40,560 bases of DNA from Pseudomonadota bacterium. GTDB taxonomy: Bacteria > Pseudomonadota > Gammaproteobacteria > Ga0077536. The stretch spans positions 1-40,560 of the forward strand of contig JAYUQF010000146.1 of assembly GCA_043756885.1 (NCBI GenBank), written 5' to 3'. The stretch's first letter is position 1. Every line of letters begins with the position of its first letter. The notes under the pieces are model-generated. The model had not been told where the DNA came from. It made no database searches and saw only the letters and a program-made list of their open reading frames with translations. Of the stretch, positions 33,376 to 40,560 are shown in pieces. A program made the position numbers and the translations under genes.

Positions 33376-35084
33376 AACACCCCACCCTGTGGCACCTGCG
33401 TGCGGGTGCCAAAAGCCTGGTCGAGAAAGTCCTGTTTGCGTTGTGCGTCCACACCCCAGCCCGATTGCACCGCTACGTACTGTTTGCCATCAAGACTGTA
33501 GCTGGTAGGCACACCGACGATCCCGGAATTGGTCCGTTGTTGCCACAAAATTTTGCCATCCTTGGCATCGAAGGCACGGAAGTAACGGTCATTGGTGCCA
33601 CCAGCGAAAACCAGGCCACCGCCGGTGGTCAGCACCGGTCCCCAGTTGTGCGATTTGAACTTTGTTGTCCAGACTCTTTTGCCGGTTTTCATGTCCCAGG
33701 CCTGCAGTTCACCGATGTGTTCACGCGCTTCAGGTGTTGGCAGCACTTCAATCTTGGGAAACGGTACGCCCATGTAGAGTTCGCCACGACGGTATTTGGG
33801 TTTTTTATCGCCGGTGAAAGCGCTGCATAGATTTTCGTTAGCGGGGATATAAAGATAACCGGTGTCGGGGTTGTAGGCCGTCGGTGGCCAGTCTTTGCCA
33901 CCCCACAAACTCGGGCAGAACTCTGCCCTGCCGCCACTGTGCGGCACTTTGGTCGGGTCGTATTCAGGACGACCGGACTCCGCGTCAAGTTTGGTGAAAA
34001 CATTTTGTTTCACATAGGGTGTGCCGGCGACATAGCGGATGTCGTTGGCCGATCGCTCCAGCACCCATAAATAACCATCGCGGCCGGCGTGCACCAGACT
34101 CTTGATGGTTTTGCCGTTGCGCGGTAAGTCGATCAATAAAGGCGCGGCCACTTCGTCCCAATCCCACGAATCGTTCCAGTGATATTGGTGATGAGCGCGG
34201 ATCTTACCCGTACCCACATCGAGCGCGATGACCGAGGTTGCATACAGATTGTCGCCGGCACGCTGGTCGCCCATCCATGGCCCGGCGTTACCAGTGCCCC
34301 AGTAGGCGAGTTTGGTTTCAGGGTCGTAGCTGCCGGTCAGCCACACCGGCACTCCGCCGCGTTTCCAGGTTTCACCCGGCCAACTGTCGTGGCCCGGCTC
34401 GCCCGGGCCGGGCACGGTGAAAGTTTTCCACAGCGATTCCCCACTGGTGGCGTCGAAGGCTTGAATAAAACCGCGGATGCCAAATTCGCCGCCCGACACA
34501 CCGACCATGATTTTGCCATCCACCACCAGCGGTGCCATGGTCATGTAATAACCGGCCAGATAATTCTCGACGGGTTTCTGCCAGATCAGTGCGCCGGTAC
34601 GCGCGTCCAGCGCCACCAGGAAAGCATCAACAGTCGCGATATAAACACGGTCGCCAAATAAGGCCACCCCCCGATTGGTCGGGTGAAGCTGGAACAGATC
34701 GGCCGGCAGTTCACGACGATACCGCCACAGCAGATCGCCCGTGCGCGCATCTAATGCCAGCACTTGATCACGCGGGGTGGTAATGAACATGACGCCATCA
34801 TTAACGATGGGCGGCGCTTGATGGCCTTCGTCCACGCCAGTGGAAAAACTCCACAGCGGTTTTAACTGCGCGACGTTGCTGGTATTGATCTGCTGCAGCG
34901 GGCTGTAGCCCCAGCTGTCATAGGTACGGCGATACATGAGCCAGTTGCCGGGCTCGGGATGGGTAAGTCGTTGTGCGGTGACGGTGGAATAGGGCGGCGG
35001 CGGAACGGCCAGCGAGACCTTGTTTGTCAGTGCCAACAGCAGGCCCAGGCTCAGACATAAGTAGATTTTGCGCATGTTTATCAT
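33330..35084 (-). CDS. PQQ-dependent dehydrogenase, methanol/ethanol family (atypical: no vicinal Cys-Cys, lanthanide-type Asp signature)
   Basis: 584 aa. Sec leader MINMRKIYLCLSLGLLLALTNKVSLA. Eight-bladed-propeller W-motif repeats. GGEFGIRG, GTGNAGPW and DSWDWDEV align by eye to the Glu/Asn/Asp(+Asp) metal ligands of the MxaF/XoxF family. Confidence 0.88.
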   Translation of the reverse strand: MINMRKIYLCLSLGLLLALTNKVSLAVPPPPYSTVTAQRLTHPEPGNWLMYRRTYDSWGYSPLQQINTSNVAQLKPLWSFSTGVDEGHQAPPIVNDGVMFITTPRDQVLALDARTGDLLWRYRRELPADLFQLHPTNRGVALFGDRVYIATVDAFLVALDARTGALIWQKPVENYLAGYYMTMAPLVVDGKIMVGVSGGEFGIRGFIQAFDATSGESLWKTFTVPGPGEPGHDSWPGETWKRGGVPVWLTGSYDPETKLAYWGTGNAGPWMGDQRAGDNLYATSVIALDVGTGKIRAHHQYHWNDSWDWDEVAAPLLIDLPRNGKTIKSLVHAGRDGYLWVLERSANDIRYVAGTPYVKQNVFTKLDAESGRPEYDPTKVPHSGGRAEFCPSLWGGKDWPPTAYNPDTGYLYIPANENLCSAFTGDKKPKYRRGELYMGVPFPKIEVLPTPEAREHIGELQAWDMKTGKRVWTTKFKSHNWGPVLTTGGGLVFAGGTNDRYFRAFDAKDGKILWQQRTNSGIVGVPTSYSLDGKQYVAVQSGWGVDAQRKQDFLDQAFGTRTQVPQGGVLWVFGLPEAKLEASH

Positions 35085-35085
35085 C

Positions 35086-35688
35086 TCAAGTGGCAGGGGC
35101 GCCGAGCGCGCCGCTGAAGGGACCGGCGATGACGATTTGTTCGCCCACGCGTTTGAGTGGTAACGCCGGCAGCGCGCGCACCGTGGGGCCGCTTACGCGG
35201 ACCGCGCCTTTGGCCGGGTCGTAGGCCGACGAATGACAAGGGCAGACCAGGTGACGCGCGTCAGCCTGCCATTCACTGACCGCGCAGGCAGCGTGGGTGC
35301 AAATGGCCGAGTAGGCGACGATGCCGTCAACTGCGCGGGCGCGGGTGCTTTCATCCAGCGTGGCAGGGTCGAGACGCAGGACGAGGATTTGATTGAGTCG
35401 CGAGTTCTCGCGTGTGACACCGCTCACCGGGTCCTGCGGATAGACCGACAGCGGCGCGGCGTCGAGTTCCACGTCGGCCAGGGTCAGCGCGCGCGGGTCA
35501 TCCTCCCAGGAGGCAAAAGCCAGCACATCGCCGGGTGTGGCCGCCTCTTTGCTGGCATCGGCCTCGGCGGCAAAACCGCGCAGTGGCGCGCTCAGCCCGG
35601 CAGCCACCGCCGCGCATAACAGACGTCGCCGCGGCAGCGAGGCACAGTTGTCTTCTGCCGACCCAGTGGCTGGCGCTTCATTGTCCAT
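35086..35688 (-). CDS. Tat-exported Rieske [2Fe-2S] protein (bc1/arsenite-oxidase-type cluster boxes)
   Basis: Twin-arginine leader SLPRRRLLCAAVAAGLSAPLRGFA. Cluster boxes CTHAAC and CPCHSS. GAGGGGAG Shine-Dalgarno sequence. The stop lies 1 nt before the PQQ gene's ATG. Confidence 0.85.
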   Translation of the reverse strand: MDNEAPATGSAEDNCASLPRRRLLCAAVAAGLSAPLRGFAAEADASKEAATPGDVLAFASWEDDPRALTLADVELDAAPLSVYPQDPVSGVTRENSRLNQILVLRLDPATLDESTRARAVDGIVAYSAICTHAACAVSEWQADARHLVCPCHSSAYDPAKGAVRVSGPTVRALPALPLKRVGEQIVIAGPFSGALGAPAT

Positions 35689-35972
35689 CGATGTCTCCCC
35701 TCGTGCGCCGCCCGAGGTGGCGACGCGGGCGACAATGTGTCACTGCGGGTACGGTGCTGGCAAGTCGCAGGCAGATCCTGCATGGCCGCATGCAATCGTG
35801 CCGCGCGGCCCGTGGCTCAAGTGCCTGTCATCACAAACACGGTTCAAGGCCTCGGCGCAGGCCTTTGATCATCCCGTGGGCGCGCAGACAGGTGCACACG
35901 AATGCTGCACAATCGTGGCGTCGGCTTGCATCTCCCGGCACACACCCCTAACAATCAGCGATGGTCTTAGTT

Positions 35973-37319
35973 ATGACCAGCCAACGCCAACTGCACCGCG
36001 GCGCTTTCATGCGCCCGGTCAGTATCCACACCAGCGCCTGGCGTTACCCAGGCGGCTACGCGGACGCCAACTTCAATTTTCAGCATTACGTGCGTTTCAT
36101 CCAGACCCTTGAGCGCGGATGTTTCGACGCGTTTTTCATGGCCGATCACCTGGCGGTGCTAAACATGCCGATGGCGGCGCTGAAACGCAGTGCGACGGTC
36201 TCCTCTTTTGATCCCTTGACCTTGTTACCGGCGCTGGCTGCACTGACCTCACGCATCGGTCTTATCGCCACCGCTTCGACCAGTTATAACGAGCCTTATC
36301 ACGTGGCGCGCAGATTCGCCTCGCTTGACCACATAAGCGCAGGGCGCGCCGGCTGGAACGTGGTGACCTCGGCCAACCCCCACGAAGCACTCAACTTTGG
36401 TCGCGAGCAGCATCTTGATCATGCCGAGCGCTACAAACGCGCGCGCGAGTTTTACGCAGTGGTAACCGGCTTGTGGGACAGCTGGGCCGATGATGCTTTT
36501 ATTCGCGATGTGGAGCAGGGCGTGTATTTCGATCCGGCACGGTTGCACGTGCTCAACCACAAGGGCGATGATTTTGCCGTGCGTGGGCCGCTCAATGTCG
36601 CCCGCCCGATCCAGGGTTGGCCAGTGATCGTGCAGGCCGGCAGCTCTGAGGCCGGTCGTCAGCTTGCCGCTGAGACTGCCGAGATGGTGTTCTCAGCCGA
36701 AGTAACCCAGGCCTCGGCCCAGGCGTTTTATGCTGACGTGAAAGGGCGCATGGCAGCGTTTGGGCGTGACCCCGAGCATTTAAAAATCATGCCTGGTGCA
36801 TTTGTGGTGCTGGGCAGCTCGCTCGCCCAGGCCGAAGAACGCAAAGCCCACCTCGACGCCCTGGTGCATCCGGATTCCGGGATTTCGTCGTTATCGGTTC
36901 TATTGGGCTGCGATGCCAGTAACTTTGATCTCGATGGCCAACTGCCCGACATACCCGAGAGCAATGCCAGCCGCAGCAGCCGCGACAAACTGCTGAGCAT
37001 GGCACGTGAGCGCCGCATGACTGTGCGCCAGATGGCGCAGTGGGTGGGCGGTGCCTATGGCATTCTGGAGATGATCGGCACCCCAAATATGGTCGCCGAC
37101 CAGATGCAGGCCTGGCTTGAGGCCAAAGCTTGCGATGGTTTTAATGTGATGTTCCCTTACTTGCCGGTTGGCCTCGACGATTTTGTTGAGCAAGTGGTGC
37201 CTGAGCTGCAGCGGCGCGGCATTTTCCGTCGTGACTACCAGGGCCCTACCCTGCGCGACCACCTTGGTCTGCCACGGCCAGTTAACCGCTATTTTCCCTC
37301 ACCACGTTCCCCCGCCTGA
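35973..37319 (+). CDS. LLM-class flavin-dependent monooxygenase, NtaA/SnaA/DszA subfamily
   Basis: About 448 aa. LHRGAFMRPVSIHTSAWRYPG N-terminus and the size are typical of the NtaA/DszA group. The start is either 35961 or 35973. Confidence 0.85.
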   Translation: MTSQRQLHRGAFMRPVSIHTSAWRYPGGYADANFNFQHYVRFIQTLERGCFDAFFMADHLAVLNMPMAALKRSATVSSFDPLTLLPALAALTSRIGLIATASTSYNEPYHVARRFASLDHISAGRAGWNVVTSANPHEALNFGREQHLDHAERYKRAREFYAVVTGLWDSWADDAFIRDVEQGVYFDPARLHVLNHKGDDFAVRGPLNVARPIQGWPVIVQAGSSEAGRQLAAETAEMVFSAEVTQASAQAFYADVKGRMAAFGRDPEHLKIMPGAFVVLGSSLAQAEERKAHLDALVHPDSGISSLSVLLGCDASNFDLDGQLPDIPESNASRSSRDKLLSMARERRMTVRQMAQWVGGAYGILEMIGTPNMVADQMQAWLEAKACDGFNVMFPYLPVGLDDFVEQVVPELQRRGIFRRDYQGPTLRDHLGLPRPVNRYFPSPRSPA

Positions 37320-37450
37320 CGCGCCTGTCGACTTGCGTCGCGCGGTCCTTGGGCCGCGGCAAAATCTGCCCTCCAGCAGGCTCAAGTTTGCCGCCTGCGG
37401 GCCGCCACACACTCATATCGCGAATAACAACAAGGACAGCCCACGTGAGC

Positions 37451-38338
37451 ATGCCAGCAGTTCAAATGGATCTCACTTTCCCCGGCGAGCGCATCGCGCG
37501 CAGCCTCATCGAAGATATGTCGGGCCTGGTTTCGCCGCCCGATGTGTGCCTGAAGGTCAACGAACTGGTCGCCGATGACAGTACCTCGCTGGAGCAGATA
37601 GCACTGGTCATCATCCGTGATCCAAACCTGACCGCCCGAATTCTCAAACTTGCCAATAGTGCTTTTTATGGTCTGCCAGGACGGGTCGATACGGTGACCC
37701 GCGCAGTGATGCTGCTCGGCATGGCGGAGATCCACAAAATAGTGCTGGCGGTGTGCGCCGTGCAGTCATTTTCGCGCTTAGCGAGTTCTGTGACCAATAT
37801 GAATTCATTCTGGCGTCACGGCGTGTATACCGGTCTGGTGGCGCAAGCGATCGCACGGCGCGCGCGCATCCTGCACCCCGAGCGCCTGTTTGTGGCCGGC
37901 ATGCTGCACGACATCGGCACGCTGCTGATCAACAAACGTTTCCCGGAGATTGCACAAGCCACCATCATTGAAGCGGCCGGTGACGAAGATGCGCAGCAGC
38001 AACTGGAAATGCGCGATCTTGGTTTTGACCACGCACTGTTGGCAGGCATGATGCTCGATAGCTGGCATTTACCGGCGACCTTGGTTGATACCGTTTACTG
38101 GCATCACACCCCACAACGGGCACTGCATGCCAGCGCCGAAGCCGCGATTGTGAAAGTTGCCGACCAGGTAGCCAATTTTTCCGGCACCGGCAGTTACTCG
38201 GAGCGAATTCCACGCGAGCAGCAAGCCGATATGTCACCGCTCGCCACATTTGGCCTGCAAGTTGATTGCACGGGTGAAGAACTGATGGATGAAGTTGATC
38301 CGCAGTTCATCGAAGCGATTTATCTGATCGTTACCTGA
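37451..38338 (+). CDS. HDOD domain-containing signalling protein
   Basis: ORF 37349..38338 trimmed to the ATG at 37451. LKVNELVADDSTSLEQIALVIIRDPNLTARILKLANSAFYG and GMLHDIG motifs. Confidence 0.85.
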   Translation: MPAVQMDLTFPGERIARSLIEDMSGLVSPPDVCLKVNELVADDSTSLEQIALVIIRDPNLTARILKLANSAFYGLPGRVDTVTRAVMLLGMAEIHKIVLAVCAVQSFSRLASSVTNMNSFWRHGVYTGLVAQAIARRARILHPERLFVAGMLHDIGTLLINKRFPEIAQATIIEAAGDEDAQQQLEMRDLGFDHALLAGMMLDSWHLPATLVDTVYWHHTPQRALHASAEAAIVKVADQVANFSGTGSYSERIPREQQADMSPLATFGLQVDCTGEELMDEVDPQFIEAIYLIVT

Positions 38339-38398
38339 GTCCCCTACGCGCCCCTGCGGGGTTTATGCTGGCGTCCTTACTATCATGAGGACGTACCC

Positions 38399-39391
38399 AT
38401 GGGCTTGTTGATCAATGGCGTGTGGGACGCCGACGCCACCATGATCCCCATTCAAGCGGGGCGCTTTGAGCGTGAAGCCGCTGTCTTTCGCGATACCGTT
38501 ACTGCCGACGGTTCATCTGGCTTCAAGGCGCAGGCGGGCCGTTATCATCTTTATGTCGCCTTTCACTGCCCGTGGGCGTGGCGCACGCTGCTTTACCGTC
38601 GCTTAAAACGGCTTGAGCACGTGATCTCCATGACCATCGCCATTCCCAACGATAGACGCCAAGGCTGGATATTTGGCGACTACCCAGGTGGCTGCGGGCC
38701 CGACGAGGTCAACGCTTTTACACATCTGCACCAGGCCTACACGGCCGCGCGGCCCAACTACAGCGGCACGGTGTCGGTGCCGGTGTTATGGGATCGCGAG
38801 CGCCGCACGATTGTCAGCAACGAATCGTCAGAAATCATCCGCATGTTGAACAGCGCATTTGATGCACTGACAACAGCCCGCGAGGATTATTATCCATTGG
38901 CCTGGCGCCCGGAGATCGACACTGTCAATCAGCGTGTTTATGACGGTGTTAACAACGGTGTTTACCGAGTTGGTTTGGCGCGCAGCCAGGAGGCTTACGA
39001 CGAAGCCTTCGATGCTTTGTTTGCGACTCTCGATTGGCTGGATGCGCGTTTAGGCCACCAGCGTTATCTAGTGGGTACAGGCATCACCGAGGCAGACTGG
39101 CGCTTGCTGGCCAGCTTGCTGCGTTTTGATCTGGTCTATCAGCCGTTGTTCAAATGCAATCAACGCACCATTGCCAGCTATGGGCAGTTATCAAACTATC
39201 TGCGCGACCTTTATCAGGTGCCTGGTGTCGCGCAAACCGTCAATATCGAGCATTTTGTGCGGGGCTATTATTCGATCCCCCACGTCAATCCCAATGGCAT
39301 TATTCCGCGTGGCCCGAAGTTCTATGCTCACTGGCTGCAGCAACCCCATGATCGCGCACGCTTCGATCGGCCAGTGGCTGTCACGCCTTAG
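38399..39391 (+). CDS. yqjG: Xi-class glutathione S-transferase / glutathionyl-hydroquinone reductase (YqjG/ECM4 family)
   Basis: GRYHLYVAFHCPWAWRTLLYR (CPWA active-site motif), 330 aa, GAGGA Shine-Dalgarno sequence. Confidence 0.85.
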   Translation: MGLLINGVWDADATMIPIQAGRFEREAAVFRDTVTADGSSGFKAQAGRYHLYVAFHCPWAWRTLLYRRLKRLEHVISMTIAIPNDRRQGWIFGDYPGGCGPDEVNAFTHLHQAYTAARPNYSGTVSVPVLWDRERRTIVSNESSEIIRMLNSAFDALTTAREDYYPLAWRPEIDTVNQRVYDGVNNGVYRVGLARSQEAYDEAFDALFATLDWLDARLGHQRYLVGTGITEADWRLLASLLRFDLVYQPLFKCNQRTIASYGQLSNYLRDLYQVPGVAQTVNIEHFVRGYYSIPHVNPNGIIPRGPKFYAHWLQQPHDRARFDRPVAVTP

Positions 39392-39551
39392 CTATCGGTT
39401 CAAACCGTGGTCGCGCAGGTGCGTGAGTGCGAGTGACGGCCAGCACTACGCCCAACCTGGGCCCTGCCTTACTGCATTGGTATCGTCCCGTGGGGGACAT
39501 TCTGCGATACTGCATGGCAGCAATTAGGTGTGCGCTAAACATAGGTCCAGC

Positions 39552-40560
39552 ATGACCCCGAATACAAAACTCGGAATTGGTGCCATGGCTGGCACCCTCG
39601 CCGTGTTATGGCTGATATTGATGATACGCGGCGGCCCAGACCGCGCCGTCGACCCCGCATCGGCGGGCGCTCAGCCGCCGCCACCAACGGTCACCGTCGC
39701 CAAACCGGTGTTCAAGAGCATTACAGAATGGGACGACTACACGGGCCGCTTTATCGCCAAGGAGCGTGTCGATGTGCGCGCGCGGGTGTCGGGTTATCTG
39801 GAGTCGGTGCATTTTAAGGAAGGCCAGATGGTCGCTGCCGGCGAGCTGTTGTTTGTCCTCGATCAACGCCCCTTCAAAACGCAGGTAGCGGGCGCCAAGG
39901 CGGAAGTTGATCGTGCCAATACCCAGCTCAGAGTTGGGCAGCTCGAATTTGAACGTGGCGAGCGTTTGCAGTCCTCGCGTGCCATGAGCAAGGAGTCCGC
40001 TGAAGAGCGGCGGGCCAAACGCGATGCCGCGCAAGCCGATGTTGATGCGGCCGAAGCCGCGTTGCGTAACGCAGAATTGAACCTCAGCTTCACGCAAGTG
40101 CGCGCACCGATGGCGGGCCGCCTGTCAGATGTGCGTGTTGATGCCGGCAATCTGATCTCGGGTGGCAAGGCCGACTCGACGGTACTCACCACTATCGTCT
40201 CGCTCGATCCTATCGAGTTTGAGATCGAGGCCTCGGAGGCTGAATTCCTGCGTTACACCCGTCTCGACACCGCCGGCACGCGGCCATCCTCACGCGATGT
40301 ACCCAATCGCATCGAGGCCCAGCTGATCGACGAAACCGAGTGGGTGCATAAGGGCCACATGACCTTTGTCGACAACGAGATCGATCGCGACTCCGATTCC
40401 ATGCGCGGCCACGCGACCTTTCCCAATCCCGATCATCTTTTGCTGCCGGGCATGTTTGCGCGCGCACGCCTGTTCGGTGCCGGTGAACATGAGGCGGTGC
40501 TGGTGCCCGATGTAGCGATAGTTGCTGATCAAGCGCGCAAGCAGGTGATGGTGCTGGGCA
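39552..40560 (+). CDS. efflux RND transporter periplasmic adaptor (membrane fusion protein); 5' 336 codons, continues beyond the window
   Basis: Not in the ORF track because there is no stop. Hand translation from the ATG at 39552 is open to the window end: MTPNTKLGIGAMAGTLAVLWL...VRARVSGYLESVHFKEGQMVAAGELLFVLDQRPF...LNLSFTQVRAPMAGRLSDVRVDAGNLI... These are classic MFP lipoyl/hairpin motifs. Confidence 0.88.
   Translation, partial: MTPNTKLGIGAMAGTLAVLWLILMIRGGPDRAVDPASAGAQPPPPTVTVAKPVFKSITEWDDYTGRFIAKERVDVRARVSGYLESVHFKEGQMVAAGELLFVLDQRPFKTQVAGAKAEVDRANTQLRVGQLEFERGERLQSSRAMSKESAEERRAKRDAAQADVDAAEAALRNAELNLSFTQVRAPMAGRLSDVRVDAGNLISGGKADSTVLTTIVSLDPIEFEIEASEAEFLRYTRLDTAGTRPSSRDVPNRIEAQLIDETEWVHKGHMTFVDNEIDRDSDSMRGHATFPNPDHLLLPGMFARARLFGAGEHEAVLVPDVAIVADQARKQVMVLG

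Noticed and set aside
35537-36112. A 191-aa plus-strand ORF spanning the Rieske 5' end, the divergent spacer and the LLM 5' end
   Set aside because: It overlaps two well-supported genes. It is Ala/Arg/Pro-rich, has no Shine-Dalgarno sequence and no motif. The spacer is more plausibly a divergent promoter region.

Overview
This is a 40.56-kb high-GC (roughly 60% by eye) proteobacterial chromosomal segment. I count about 39 protein-coding genes, one clear pseudogene and two short palindromic repeat families. I recognised no rRNA, tRNA, CRISPR array, transposase, integrase or phage structural gene. Layout: (i) 1-9253, minus strand: a complete eight-gene N-methylglutamate (NMG) methylamine-utilisation cluster (mgsABC-gmaS-mgdABCD). 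It superficially looks like glutamate synthase + glutamine synthetase + sarcosine oxidase, and it is preceded by an XRE/cupin regulator. (ii) 10.2-13.7 kb: an ArsR-family regulator plus an 841-aa polytopic membrane protein, then a YbaK-like deacylase. (iii) 13.8-29.2 kb: an accessory catabolic patchwork with no regulator gene. It holds an amidohydrolase, a Cys-less thiolase-like protein, a DUF35 protein and a Rap1a-like exported protein; a maleylacetate-reductase-like Fe-ADH; a HAPMO-like Baeyer-Villiger monooxygenase; a cupin, a lipocalin-like protein, an SDR and a family-VIII esterase; two exported unknowns; and an acyl-CoA ligase plus double-hotdog hydratase. Nested palindromic repeats interrupt it and have gutted an acyl-CoA-dehydrogenase-family gene. 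(iv) 29.5-30.3 kb: an orphan fusion of two phage-associated domains (A1S_2505-like + DUF2493/SLOG-like). (v) 30.3-35.7 kb, minus strand: a Tat-Rieske / atypical PQQ dehydrogenase / 2OG-oxygenase-like / LLM / hydrolase unit, which is my best candidate for an undescribed system. (vi) 36-40.6 kb: an NtaA-type LLM monooxygenase, an HDOD protein, a Xi-class GST and the start of an RND efflux adaptor. Two edge genes (1-347 minus, 39552-40560 plus) are missing from the ORF track and were translated by hand. All family assignments come from motif recognition by eye, not from database searches.
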